A DNA stretch of 64,000 nucleotides, taken from Solirubrobacterales bacterium. GTDB lineage: Bacteria > Actinomycetota > Thermoleophilia > Solirubrobacterales > 70-9. A program made the translations under genes and the position numbers. Below are positions 36,135-45,723 of the stretch, piece by piece (positions within the stretch are counted from its first letter, which is position 1; each line of letters opens with the position of its first letter). Location of the stretch: assembly GCA_035551255.1 (NCBI GenBank), contig DASZNP010000063.1:2940-66939 (forward strand). Direction: 5' to 3'. The notes under the pieces were generated by a model. It was not told where the DNA came from, did not search any database, and saw only the letters and a program-made list of their open reading frames with translations.

Positions 36135-36618
36135 CAACGGCCGCAAGCCGCCCGGCTAACGGGCATCCGGAGGAGATCTTGACGCGCCACCAGCCCATCA
36201 GCATCCCGATCGGGCCGAGGCGCGGGCGCGAATGCCAGGCGCCGCAGCCGGGCTCACCGACGTCGGCGCGGGAGACCCGCACCCACTTGAACTCCTCGGG
36301 CGCGTCCAGCAGTGCTCTCAGCAGTTCGCGGTTGTCGGCCTCGAGCGCCTGGCGCTCCGCCAGGGCCGCGCGCGCCTCGGCGATCCACTCAGCCAGCCGG
36401 TCGCGCACCGCCTCCAGCTCGCCGAGGTCAAGCACCCGGGGAGCGGAGGTAACAGCCTCGACCCGATGCGGAACCGCCGTGTGGCCGAAGGCCTCACCAA
36501 AGACTTCCGCCAGCTCCGCCTCGAGGCGGCCAATCTGGCGGCGCAGCTCGAGCCGCGCCCCACGCTCGTCGACTCCGACCCCGAGCCCGGCGAAATCCTC
36601 TCTCAGCAAAGCGGGCAT
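36058..36618 (-). CDS. Hypothetical coiled-coil protein ending in a GWWRVKISSGCP motif
   Basis: Internal Met (MPALLRED) of track ORF 36058-36714. Composition is coding-like. The motif near the C-terminus looks conserved, but I cannot name the family. Confidence 0.5.
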   Translation of the reverse strand: MPALLREDFAGLGVGVDERGARLELRRQIGRLEAELAEVFGEAFGHTAVPHRVEAVTSAPRVLDLGELEAVRDRLAEWIAEARAALAERQALEADNRELLRALLDAPEEFKWVRVSRADVGEPGCGAWHSRPRLGPIGMLMGWWRVKISSGCPLAGRLAAVDDEARSAHTREAGCAETRETGFRSR

Positions 36619-36661
36619 CTCGAGGAAGTGTAAGCCAGGTTGAGTGGCGGAAAAATGTAAA

Positions 36662-37330
36662 TCACGTTGACTCCAAGGTCGAGGCGGCCATCCACAGCGC
36701 CTCCTCGACAGCAATCTGGGGGACCCCCTTGACCTGGACCGAGGCGACGGCGACCCGCCGCGTGTGGCGTTCGACCCCGTAGCCCTCCCCCGTGGTGCCG
36801 AAAAGGAGCCCGATCGGCTGCTCCTCGTCAGCGATGGTCAGCGTTCCGCTTGCGAGTTCGCCCATCACCCCGGGCAATTTCTCCCCCGGTGCCGAGTCAC
36901 GGATGCAGAGCTGGCCGCTGAGACGGTCGGCGTCGAAGGCGCGCAGCGCCACCCCGGTCTCGACGATCGCGATCGTCAGCGCGTCGGCAGGCAGCCCGTG
37001 GGTGCGAAAGCCGCCGTCGTGGAGGCGGTCGAGGGTCAGCTGCTCAACCGGGGTCGGAGTGCGGTCGGGGTCGAGGCCGATCTGGCGGAAGAAGACGCGG
37101 TAGGCCCAGGGGATCGGCCGTTCGCGCAGGCGGATCGCCTGGGCGCCGTAGGTGCGGTCGGAGAGATCGCGCAGCCGACGGCGGACCGGCTCCGGGCTGC
37201 GGCCCGGCTTGGCGTCGACTTCGACCCAGGCGATCCCGAGGCCGGGGAACTCGGAGGCGATGTGGGGGGCGACCCATCCCTGCCGCGGCGCCGGGTCCCA
37301 GCCCATTCGCTCTGCGGCAGCGCCGGCCAT
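36662..37330 (-). CDS. B3/B4 tRNA-binding-domain protein (stand-alone PheT B3/4-like)
   Basis: 222 aa. IPWAYRVFFRQIGLDPDRTPTPVE ... DALTIAIVETGVALRAFDADR fits the B3_4 domain family. Confidence 0.75.
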   Translation of the reverse strand: MAGAAAERMGWDPAPRQGWVAPHIASEFPGLGIAWVEVDAKPGRSPEPVRRRLRDLSDRTYGAQAIRLRERPIPWAYRVFFRQIGLDPDRTPTPVEQLTLDRLHDGGFRTHGLPADALTIAIVETGVALRAFDADRLSGQLCIRDSAPGEKLPGVMGELASGTLTIADEEQPIGLLFGTTGEGYGVERHTRRVAVASVQVKGVPQIAVEEALWMAASTLEST

Positions 37331-37331
37331 C

Positions 37332-37991
37332 TCAGCTTCGCCCCGCCGCCTTGGTGGCGGCGAGAAGCCGATCGATCTTCCCGCTCAGCTGGGAGGCGGT
37401 GAGGTCGCCGATGCTGGCGCTCTGCAGGGTGCCGCCGGGGTAGACGTAGGCGAAGGTCGGGCAGCCGCCGACGCCGTAGAGGGTGGCGACAGCGCCGTCG
37501 CGGTCAAAGCCGACCGGCAGCGTCCACCGGTGCTGGCGGATCAGTTCGCGCAAAGCGTCGCGGCTGTCGCGGATGTCCAGCGAGAGGAAACCCACCCGCC
37601 CACGGTAGCGCTCGTAGACCCGCTGGACCACGTCCTGCTGGTCGACGCAGCCATCGCCCTTGGTGAACCAGAACGAGATCACCAACGGCCGGTCGAAGAA
37701 GTCGCAGATGCGGATCGCCCCCTTCGTGGTTATCCGACAAGCGGGGGTCCGCTGGGCGTCTTCGGGACATGGAAGGGCCGAGGATTCGCAGTCGTCCTGG
37801 GCGACGTTCGCGTCCCCTTCGAGCTGACTTGCCCCGGCGGGAACCGCAAACTCGGGCAGCGGCCAGTGGGCCGGGAACTGGTCGAGCCCGAGCGTCTCCC
37901 CTCCGCCGCCGCCCCCGAGCGTGTGGAAGCTGGCGATCGCGATCACCACCAGGAAGAGCAGGCCGACGACGAGCGAGTAGCGATCCCTCAT
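37332..37991 (-). CDS. Membrane-anchored thioredoxin-fold (TlpA/redoxin-like) protein lacking a CxxC motif
   Basis: Only the 3' 219 codons of track ORF 37332-39281 are coding. The start ATG at 37991 forms an ATGA overlap with the MMPL stop. It has an N-terminal TM. VISFWFTKGDGC occupies the place of WCxxC, and the N-terminal ectodomain is Cys-rich. Confidence 0.7.
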   Translation of the reverse strand: MRDRYSLVVGLLFLVVIAIASFHTLGGGGGGETLGLDQFPAHWPLPEFAVPAGASQLEGDANVAQDDCESSALPCPEDAQRTPACRITTKGAIRICDFFDRPLVISFWFTKGDGCVDQQDVVQRVYERYRGRVGFLSLDIRDSRDALRELIRQHRWTLPVGFDRDGAVATLYGVGGCPTFAYVYPGGTLQSASIGDLTASQLSGKIDRLLAATKAAGRS

Positions 37992-40405
37992 TCCCGCTCC
38001 AGCCAAAGCAAGATCGCCGGCAGGACGAGGAGGACGCCGACGAGAGCGGCGGCGAGGTCGACCACGGTGACCAGGCCGAAGTCCCGCAGCATCCGCACGT
38101 CGCTGGCAACGAGGACGGCGAAGCCGGCGATCGCGGTGACCCCGGAGGCGAGCACCGCGGCGCCGGTCCGCGAATAGGCGCGGCGCAGCGACTCCTCGGC
38201 GCCCGCTCCGCCCCTCCGCTCCTCGTGGAAGCGCCCGACCAGCAGCACCCCGAACTCGGTCGCGATCGCGATCGTCAGCGCGCCGAGGGCCGCGGACATC
38301 GGGTTGAGCGGGATGCCGGTGATCCAGAGCAGCAGCGAGGCCCAGCCGGTGGCGAGCACGGTCGGAAGCAGCGGGACCAGGGCGCGCCGCCAGGAGCGAT
38401 AGACGAGCAGCAGCGCTATCGCCACCGCCGCCAGCCCCGCCAGCGTCAGCCAGTAGCGGCTGCTGGAGAGATCGGAGGCCGATTGCGCCGCGATTACCGG
38501 CAACCCGGTCAGCTGGACCTCGACCCCCGGCGGCGGCTGGCCGATCTCGTCGCGCACCCGTTCGATCAGCACCTGTTGGTCTTCCAGCGACTGCGCCCGG
38601 ATCCCGAACGAGATCAGCGCTTGGTTCCCCACCTCCCCGGTCTGTGGATCGACGGGCGCGACCTGCCGCAGGGCATACGGCGAGAGCGCCGCCAGCGTCG
38701 CTTCGATCCGTTGCCGCGACGGGCTTTCGTTCCCGTGGATGAGGAAATCCGACAGCGCCGGCCCTGGGCAGATTTCGGCCCTGAGGCAGCTGGGGTCTTC
38801 TCCGGTGAACCCGTTGGCCTCCAGCACCCGCTGCTTGAACCCGGCCATCCACTCGATCGTCGCCGGATCGGTGAGGTCCGGTGCGTGGATGCTCACGTCC
38901 AGCTCGCCCGACACCCCGGTCGTGTCCTGCAGCTCGTTCAGCCCTTCCACCGCCTTGATGTTTTGAGGCGCCAAGGAGCGGATGTCCGAGACGGTTTCCA
39001 CTTGCGTGCCAGCTGCCCACCCCACCACGGCGAGCGCAACTCCGATGCTCAGGACCATCTCCGGATACGCGCGAGCAACGGAGAGCAAACGCTCGATCGG
39101 CAGACCTCGTCGTTTGCCGGTCACTGGACCAGCCCTCCGCAGGCCCAGCGTTGCCAGACCCACGGTCAGAGCCAGCCCAAAGGCGATGGCGATCCCGACG
39201 ATCAGCAGCCACCCGAACCCGCGCACCATCGGGATCGGCGACAGCTGCAAGGCCAGGAACCCCGCCGCCGTCGCCAGGCAAGCCGTGGCAATCGTCGGCC
39301 CTCCGGCGGCGGCCGCCTCTCGCGCCGAGCCGAGCTCGTCGAACCGGGCTTGGAACTGGATCGCGTAGTCAACCGAGAGCCCGATCAGGATCGGTAGCGC
39401 CGCGATCGAGGCCATCGTCAGCGAGCCGCCGACCAGCGCCAGCAGCCCAAAGGAGATCGCCACCGCCATCAGCGCGACCGCCAGCGGCAAGAGCGGCCAG
39501 CGCGAGCGGAAGACGAGGAAGAGCACCCCAGCCATCACCACGATCGCGATCGCGAAGAGGATGAGCAGCGCGTCCTTCAGCGCTTCGGCGACGCCTTCGA
39601 TCACGACTGGGGCCCCGGAGACAACGTAACTGCCGCGGTTGAGGGTGAAGCAGGGCGCCGGTTTGCCGCCTTCGCCGCAGATCTTGTGAGGCGTCGTTTC
39701 CGCCACCGCGGCTTCGATCAGCTCAATCGCCCGCCGCCGTTCGGACTGGCTCAGGTCCGGCTTCAGCCGGATCACGATCTGGGCCGAGTGGGCGTTGGGA
39801 AAGAGGTAGGAGAGGCGCGCCTTCGGCGTCCCCCGCGGCCGGGCGAGATCAAAGACGACGGTGGCGACAAATTCTTCGTTGTCGATGCTGGGGACGCTGG
39901 TGATCCCGTATTTGGTTGCCACCGCCAGCAGGTATTCGCGGAACCTTTCCGCCGGCACGTGTTCGGCCAGCCGCCGCAGCTGGTTTTCGATCTGCACGAC
40001 CGACTCGTTGAGGAAGGTTGCCGGCCCGGTGAGGAACTCGACCGCGCCCAGTTCGGCGAGTTCGGCGCACGGCCCCGGGATCGCCTTCGCCCCCTTCGGC
40101 ACCTTGCCGGAGAGGCACCCCTCCAGCCGCAGCAGCTTGAAGATGTTGTCCGTCAGCAGCAGCTGCGGCAGTTCGCCCTTGACCAGGACGACCACCGGTT
40201 CTTCGCCGAACTCTTCGCGGACCTGCTGGGTTGCCTTATAGGTGGTCGAGCTGGAATCGGTGAGGGTGCTGACCCCGGCATCGGTCGGGATCTGGGTTGC
40301 TCCGATCGCCGCCGCGACCGCGACGACGATGGTGATCGCCAGCAGCGGCCGCGCGTGCTCAGCCGCCCACGCCGCGACGCGCCCGAACCGGTTACCAGCC
40401 CGCAA
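37988..40405 (-). CDS. MMPL/RND-superfamily membrane transporter
   Basis: 805 aa. It has two TM bundles of about six helices each, separated by two large extracytoplasmic domains. The N-terminus RFGRVAAWAAEHARPLL is typical of MMPL/HpnN-like proteins. Confidence 0.9.
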   Translation of the reverse strand: MRAGNRFGRVAAWAAEHARPLLAITIVVAVAAAIGATQIPTDAGVSTLTDSSSTTYKATQQVREEFGEEPVVVLVKGELPQLLLTDNIFKLLRLEGCLSGKVPKGAKAIPGPCAELAELGAVEFLTGPATFLNESVVQIENQLRRLAEHVPAERFREYLLAVATKYGITSVPSIDNEEFVATVVFDLARPRGTPKARLSYLFPNAHSAQIVIRLKPDLSQSERRRAIELIEAAVAETTPHKICGEGGKPAPCFTLNRGSYVVSGAPVVIEGVAEALKDALLILFAIAIVVMAGVLFLVFRSRWPLLPLAVALMAVAISFGLLALVGGSLTMASIAALPILIGLSVDYAIQFQARFDELGSAREAAAAGGPTIATACLATAAGFLALQLSPIPMVRGFGWLLIVGIAIAFGLALTVGLATLGLRRAGPVTGKRRGLPIERLLSVARAYPEMVLSIGVALAVVGWAAGTQVETVSDIRSLAPQNIKAVEGLNELQDTTGVSGELDVSIHAPDLTDPATIEWMAGFKQRVLEANGFTGEDPSCLRAEICPGPALSDFLIHGNESPSRQRIEATLAALSPYALRQVAPVDPQTGEVGNQALISFGIRAQSLEDQQVLIERVRDEIGQPPPGVEVQLTGLPVIAAQSASDLSSSRYWLTLAGLAAVAIALLLVYRSWRRALVPLLPTVLATGWASLLLWITGIPLNPMSAALGALTIAIATEFGVLLVGRFHEERRGGAGAEESLRRAYSRTGAAVLASGVTAIAGFAVLVASDVRMLRDFGLVTVVDLAAALVGVLLVLPAILLWLERE

Positions 40406-40407
40406 GC

Positions 40408-41361
40408 TCAGTCCATCGAGAGCGGCCCGCTGACGTCAGCGTTGAGGAACTGGCTGACGAACGGATTGCTCGAGTCGAACAGCTCCTCTTTGGGGCCGGA
40501 CTCAACGATCTTGCCGCTCCAGAGCACGGCGATGAAATCGGCGATCCGCCGGGCCGTGCCGAGGTCGTGGCTGATCACCAGGTAGCAGCCGCCGTTCTCG
40601 GCGTGGACCTCGCGGATCAGCTCGCAGAGCAGCGCCGTGCGCACCGGGTCGAGGCCCGAGTCGGGCTCGTCGAACATCACGATTGCCGGTTCCAGCACCA
40701 GCGCCCGGGCGAAGCCGGCGCGCTTGCGCATCCCGCCCGAGAGCTCGTTCGGCATCTTGTAGGTCGCCTCGGTGAGGCCGACCTCTTTGAGCCGCCGATT
40801 GACGATCTCGCCGATCTCTTCCTCACCTTTGTCGGTGTGCTGCCGCAGCGGGAAGGCGACGTTGTCGTAGATGTTCATCGAGCCGAACAGGGCCCCGTCC
40901 TGGAACAGGAGGCCGAACTTTTTCCGCACCTCGAAAAGTTCATCGTCGGTCATGTTCGGGATCGACTCGCCGTGCACGAGGACGTCACCAGAGTCGGGGT
41001 AGAGCAGGCCGACGATGTGCTTGATCAGCACGCTCTTGCCGGTTCCCGACGGGCCGAGCACCATCGAGACCTGGTCCTCGGGGAGGCCGAGATTGAGGCC
41101 GTTGAGGATGCGGGCGCGGCCGAACTGCTTGACCAGGTCGATGATCTCGATCGCGTCCGTGCCGCCGTGGTCGCGCTTGACGCCGGTGTGGAATTTGTAG
41201 GGGTCGTGGTCGCGCGGGTTGACGCCGGGGATGACGAAGTCGCGCCCCATCACGGCGCCATCCTCGCTCACATAAGGGCCTTCGGTGGTCGCCTGTTCTT
41301 CTCTGGCGATGTCGTCCTGGAGAATCTGCTCTTCGCTGCGCATGTCGTCGTTGTCCGGCAA
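40408..41361 (-). CDS. MlaF/Mkl(MceG)-type ABC ATPase
   Basis: 317 aa. Walker A is GPSGTGKS, the signature is LSGGMRKR and Walker B is VMFDEPDSGLD. It has an N-terminal extension, as in Mkl. Confidence 0.9.
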   Translation of the reverse strand: MPDNDDMRSEEQILQDDIAREEQATTEGPYVSEDGAVMGRDFVIPGVNPRDHDPYKFHTGVKRDHGGTDAIEIIDLVKQFGRARILNGLNLGLPEDQVSMVLGPSGTGKSVLIKHIVGLLYPDSGDVLVHGESIPNMTDDELFEVRKKFGLLFQDGALFGSMNIYDNVAFPLRQHTDKGEEEIGEIVNRRLKEVGLTEATYKMPNELSGGMRKRAGFARALVLEPAIVMFDEPDSGLDPVRTALLCELIREVHAENGGCYLVISHDLGTARRIADFIAVLWSGKIVESGPKEELFDSSNPFVSQFLNADVSGPLSMD

Positions 41362-41363
41362 AG

Positions 41364-42161
41364 TCAGCCTCCTATCGGCGCGCGGGGATTGGCTCCCCAG
41401 AAGACAAGGGTCCCAAGCATCCCGATGATGTGGACTAAGACGATGTTGAGGACCATCGACTTCGCCGTCGCGGTCCCCACCCCGACCGGCCCGCCCGAGG
41501 CCGTATATCCGTAGTAACAGCCGACCAGCACAATCGCGGTCGCCATGAACATCCCCTTGATCAAGCTGAAGATCAGGTCGGGCGGGTTCTGGAACTGCCA
41601 GAAGATCAGGAAGTAGCCGCCGGAGGAGACGTCGCCGATCTGTTTGACGACGGCGAGGTAGCTGGCCAGGTACATGATCCCGATCCCGACCAGGTACATG
41701 AACGGGAAGGCGATCCAGGCGGCGAGCAGGCGGGTCGCGCAGAGGAAGGTGACCGGTGGCACACCCATCACCTCGAGCGCATCGATCTCGTCGGAGATCC
41801 GCATCGCCCCGAGCTCGGCGACGATCCCGGTCCCGACCTTGGCCGCGAGCATGTAGCCGAAGGCGTAGGGAAGAATCTCGCGCAGGTCACACCAGGCGGA
41901 GAAGAGGCCGGCGTAGGCCGGCGCGCCCTGGGCGCGCAGCAGGTAGGCGCCCTCGATCCCGCACTGCAGGCCGAGGACGAAGACAAGGCCCCAGATGATC
42001 AGGGCCGAGCCGAGGATCAGGATCCCGGCCTGGCGCAGGCTCTCACCGAAGAACCGCAGCACCCGGCCCGAGTAGACGATGCCGGCAATGCGGGCGCTGA
42101 AGCGGGCGATCTCCCCAACCGAGTCGAGCCACATCCGCGGGACCTCGAGCCAGGCGTTCAC
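41364..42161 (-). CDS. MlaE/YrbE-family ABC permease (second copy)
   Basis: 265 aa with SDEIDALEVMGVPPVTFLCATRLLA and five or six TM segments. Confidence 0.9.
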   Translation of the reverse strand: MNAWLEVPRMWLDSVGEIARFSARIAGIVYSGRVLRFFGESLRQAGILILGSALIIWGLVFVLGLQCGIEGAYLLRAQGAPAYAGLFSAWCDLREILPYAFGYMLAAKVGTGIVAELGAMRISDEIDALEVMGVPPVTFLCATRLLAAWIAFPFMYLVGIGIMYLASYLAVVKQIGDVSSGGYFLIFWQFQNPPDLIFSLIKGMFMATAIVLVGCYYGYTASGGPVGVGTATAKSMVLNIVLVHIIGMLGTLVFWGANPRAPIGG

Positions 42162-42165
42162 GTGC

Positions 42166-42972
42166 TCACCGGATCGTCTGGAGTTCGGGGTTGGTCGCCA
42201 GCAGCGTCTGGGTGAAGACGTAGTTGAAGGCGAAGACGGTCATGAACGAGATCACCACCGCCTCGTTGACGGCGCGGCCGACGCCGGCGGCGCCGCCGGA
42301 GGCGGTCATCCCCTTGTAAGAGCAGACGACGGCGATGATCGCGCCGAACAGGGTGCACTTGATCACCGATCCCCAGAGGTCGGTGATCGAGGCCTGCGAG
42401 AAGAGGGTGGCGAAGAAGCCGCCGAGCGACTGGTGGTAGAGGAGCTCGGTGAGGATGCCGCCGCTGAGACCGAAGACCAGGGCGTAGATGTCGAGCAGGC
42501 CGGTGATCAGCATCAGCGCCAGGAAGCGCGGGACGACCAGGTTCTTGATCGGGTCGACCCCGAGCACCTGCAGGGCGTCGAGCTCCTCGCGGATCTTGCG
42601 GGCGCCGAGGTCGGCGGTGATCGCCGTGCCAGCGACACCGGCGACGACCACGGCGGTCACGAAGGGGCCGATTTCTCGGATCGCGGCGAGGACGAAGAAG
42701 CCGCCGAGGCGGTCGAGGGTGCCGAAGAGGGTGAGGGCGTTGGCGCCCTGGAGCCCGGGGGCGCCGAGGCAGATCGCAACCGTCGACACGAGCAGCGGGA
42801 ACCAGCAGAGGCGCAGGGCGAAGAGGAACTGGCCAATGAACTCCTCGCCGTAGGGATACGGCGGCCTGACCGCGGACGCGATCGTTCGCGCGGTGAGGAT
42901 CATCAGCTCCCCCACCTGTTCGAACAGGGACTTGGCGGGCAAAAAGGCCCTGTTGACCGCGGATCCGACCAT
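42166..42972 (-). CDS. MlaE/YrbE-family ABC permease (first copy)
   Basis: 268 aa with REELDALQVLGVDPIKNLVVPRFLA. It is the first gene of the minus-strand operon. Confidence 0.9.
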   Translation of the reverse strand: MVGSAVNRAFLPAKSLFEQVGELMILTARTIASAVRPPYPYGEEFIGQFLFALRLCWFPLLVSTVAICLGAPGLQGANALTLFGTLDRLGGFFVLAAIREIGPFVTAVVVAGVAGTAITADLGARKIREELDALQVLGVDPIKNLVVPRFLALMLITGLLDIYALVFGLSGGILTELLYHQSLGGFFATLFSQASITDLWGSVIKCTLFGAIIAVVCSYKGMTASGGAAGVGRAVNEAVVISFMTVFAFNYVFTQTLLATNPELQTIR

Positions 42973-43145
42973 CTGCTCCTCCGTCCAAGCCGGCGCCGCA
43001 CGCGCGCGACACCCCGCTCATTGGGCGGGAGTCTAGGGGATCGAACGGCCCTTTCTGTTGGCCGCATGTTGAGATCGCGCTAACCGCCCCCGACGGCTGA
43101 AATGCCTGCGAAAGCGGCGAAACCGCGTGCTATGTTCGGGCCGCT

Positions 43146-43814
43146 TTGCGGGGGACCGGAAGACATTCCCGGCACACCCGCCTCCAGGCCATCGCGACCG
43201 GGTTCGCCGCGCTGGCGGCGGCGGCGATACTTAGCGCCTGCGGCGGGGGCGGGTCCTCGGACAACGAACCGACCGGTACCTTCCACGTCAAGGTCACCGA
43301 AGCGACCTTCCCGACGTCGCAGAAACTCGGCCAGACCGCGCTGCTGAAACTGGCGGTCCGCAACACCGGCAAGCGCACCGTGCCGGCGCTGACCGTCAGC
43401 TTCACGATCGCCGGCAAGGAGGGAGTCGACTCCTCCCTCCCATTCGCCGTCCGCGATCCCCAACCGGAACTGGCGCAGCCGGAACGGCCGGTCTGGGTGC
43501 TCGCGCAGACCTACCCGCGCCTGCACGGCTCCTCGAAGCCAGGCGGCGCCTCGACCTCGAGCCCCAAGACCTTCTCGCTCGGCGAACTCAAGCCCGGCGC
43601 CACCACCGACGCGATCTGGAAGCTGAGCGCGGTGCGCTCGGGCAAGTACACCCTGCTCTACAACATCGGCGCGGGGGTCGGCGGCAAGGCGAAGGCCAAG
43701 ACCGACAATGGCGTCCGCCCCGGCGGCTCCTTCGCCACCGAGATCAGCGAACGCCTACCGGAAACCGAAGTGACGAACAACGGCGAAATCGTCGAAGTCA
43801 AGAAGGGCAAGTAG
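43146..43814 (+). CDS. Hypothetical lipoprotein
   Basis: 222 aa with the lipobox AILSACGGG and a beta-rich mature part. It is divergent from the Mla-like operon. The TTG start is uncertain. Confidence 0.65.
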   Translation: MRGTGRHSRHTRLQAIATGFAALAAAAILSACGGGGSSDNEPTGTFHVKVTEATFPTSQKLGQTALLKLAVRNTGKRTVPALTVSFTIAGKEGVDSSLPFAVRDPQPELAQPERPVWVLAQTYPRLHGSSKPGGASTSSPKTFSLGELKPGATTDAIWKLSAVRSGKYTLLYNIGAGVGGKAKAKTDNGVRPGGSFATEISERLPETEVTNNGEIVEVKKGK

Positions 43815-43890
43815 GGCCGTCACTTTTAGGCGACAGAAGATTTACGTTTGTCACAAAACTGCATGAGGTTTTCTGTCTACACTTGCAACC

Positions 43891-44106
43891 ATGGCAGTCA
43901 TGGCAAGGGAAGCGTGGACCGACGAGCGTCTTGACGATCTCCAGAAGCACATGGATGAGGGCTTCCGCGAGGTAAAAGCCGAGATTCGCGAAGTCAAGGG
44001 AGAAGTCAGGGACCTGCGCGCCAGCATGGATGCAAAGTTCGACAGGTTGAACTACACCCTGATCGCCGCCCTGATCGGTCTTGTCGTCACCCATTACCTC
44101 GGCTGA
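43891..44106 (+). CDS. Small coiled-coil, C-terminally membrane-anchored protein (paralogue of 57402-57605)
   Basis: 71 aa (MAVMAREAWTDERLDDL ... LIAALIGLVVTHYLG). TACACT lies 7 nt upstream of the ATG, which suggests a leaderless mRNA. Confidence 0.6.
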   Translation: MAVMAREAWTDERLDDLQKHMDEGFREVKAEIREVKGEVRDLRASMDAKFDRLNYTLIAALIGLVVTHYLG

Positions 44107-44175
44107 GGTTGCGTCACAGCTCCGCCCGGGTAGATTTGGCTGACCAGCCAAACGGGCGACGAAGGGAGCATCGGG

Positions 44176-45711
44176 GTGGAGAGCGCAACTGCTGTTAGGA
44201 CCGAGGCAGAGACGATCGAGGTCCGCAATCCCGCTACGGGGGCGGTGATCGAGCACGTCCCGGTCGACTCGCCCGAGCAGGTCGCCGCGACCGTCAGGCG
44301 CGTTCGCGCCAACCAGCCCGAGTGGGAGGCGATGGGGATCGAGGGGCGCTACCACTGGCTCGGCAAGCTGCGCGACTGGCTGCTCGACAACCGCGAGCGG
44401 GTGCTGGAGACGATGCAGCGGGAGACCGGCAAGGTCCGGGCCGACGCCGAGAACGAGCCGACCTACCTCGCCGACCTGATCAACTTCTACGGCGCCCGCG
44501 CCGCCCAGTTCATCGGCGAGGAGAGCGTCCGCCCGCACACGCCGCTGCTCGCTGCGAAGAAGCTGCGGATCCAGTACCGGCCCCACCCCGTCGTCGGGAT
44601 CATCAGTCCCTGGAACTTCCCGCTGATCCTCTCGCTCGGCGATGCCGTCCCCGCTCTGCAGGCCGGCTGCGCCGTCGTCATCAAGCCGTCGGAGTTCACC
44701 CCCCTCGGGATCACCGAGGTCGTCGAAGCCTGGAAGCACGAGATCGGCGGTCCCGATGTCTTCGACTGCGTGCATGGGATCGGCGAGACCGGCAGTGCCC
44801 TGGTCGACGAGGTCGATTTCGTCCAGTTCACCGGCTCCGATGTGACCGGCCGCCGGGTGATGGCGCGAGCGGCGGAGACGCTGACCCCGGTCAGCCTCGA
44901 GCTGGGCGGCAAGGACCCGATGATCGTCCTCGCCGACGCCGACCTCGACCGCGCCGCCAACGCCGCGGCCTGGGGCGGGATGATGAACTCCGGTCAGATC
45001 TGCATGTCGGTGGAGCGGATCTACGTTGAGGAGCCCGCCTACGACGAGTTCGTCAACAAGCTGACCGCCGAGGTCGGGCGCCTGCGCCAGGGCGCCGACA
45101 ACGCCTCCGACCCCAAGGAGGTTGGGGCGATGACCTCGCCGCGGCAGATCGAGATCGTCGAGGACCACGTCACCGACGCCCTCGCCTCGGGCGCCCGCGC
45201 CCTCACCGGCGGCAAGCGGGTCGAGGGGCCCGGCGACTACTTCGAGCCGACGGTCCTGGTCGACGTCGACCACTCGATGAAGGTGATGCGCGACGAGACC
45301 TTCGGGCCCGTCGTCGGGGTGATGAAGGTGCGCGATGCCGAGGAGGCGGTGGCCCTGGCGAACGACAGCCGCTACGGCCTTTCGGGCGCCGTCTTCGGCG
45401 AGCGCGAGCGGGCCGAGCAGATCGCCCGCCGGGTCGAGTGCGGCGCGATCAACGTCAACGACGTCCTCGTCAACTACTTCGCCACCGACGTGCCGATGGG
45501 CGGCTGGAAGCAGTCCGGCATCGGCACCCGCCACGGAGAAGGCGGAATCAAGAAGTACTGCCGCAGCGAGTCCCTCGTCATCACCCGCTTCGGCGGCAAG
45601 CGCGAGCCCAGCTGGTACCCCTACACCAAGTCCCGCCGCCGCCTAATCGCCCCCATGGTTCGCTTCTTCAATGCCCGCGACTGGCGCCGCAAACTCGGCC
45701 TGAAGCGCTGA
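44176..45711 (+). CDS. NAD(P)-dependent aldehyde dehydrogenase (succinate-semialdehyde DH-like)
   Basis: 511 aa with catalytic regions LELGGKDP and GQICMSVERIYV. Confidence 0.95.
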   Translation: MESATAVRTEAETIEVRNPATGAVIEHVPVDSPEQVAATVRRVRANQPEWEAMGIEGRYHWLGKLRDWLLDNRERVLETMQRETGKVRADAENEPTYLADLINFYGARAAQFIGEESVRPHTPLLAAKKLRIQYRPHPVVGIISPWNFPLILSLGDAVPALQAGCAVVIKPSEFTPLGITEVVEAWKHEIGGPDVFDCVHGIGETGSALVDEVDFVQFTGSDVTGRRVMARAAETLTPVSLELGGKDPMIVLADADLDRAANAAAWGGMMNSGQICMSVERIYVEEPAYDEFVNKLTAEVGRLRQGADNASDPKEVGAMTSPRQIEIVEDHVTDALASGARALTGGKRVEGPGDYFEPTVLVDVDHSMKVMRDETFGPVVGVMKVRDAEEAVALANDSRYGLSGAVFGERERAEQIARRVECGAINVNDVLVNYFATDVPMGGWKQSGIGTRHGEGGIKKYCRSESLVITRFGGKREPSWYPYTKSRRRLIAPMVRFFNARDWRRKLGLKR

Positions 45712-45723
45712 AGTACCGGCGTT

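Noticed and set aside
37992-39281. 5' two-thirds of track ORF 37332-39281 (649 aa)
   Set aside because: It overlaps the MMPL gene in another frame and has a low-complexity Arg/Gly/Pro composition. Only the last 219 codons, starting at the ATG at 37991, look like a real thioredoxin-fold protein.
43798-45534. 578-aa minus-strand ORF. Similar long antisense ORFs lie at 19309-20715, 47407-49038, 55658-57010 and 40567-41514
   Set aside because: Each is antisense to a gene with clear family motifs (aldehyde DH, VWA, metH, fprA, mkl). They are shadow ORFs caused by stop-codon depletion in GC-rich DNA.
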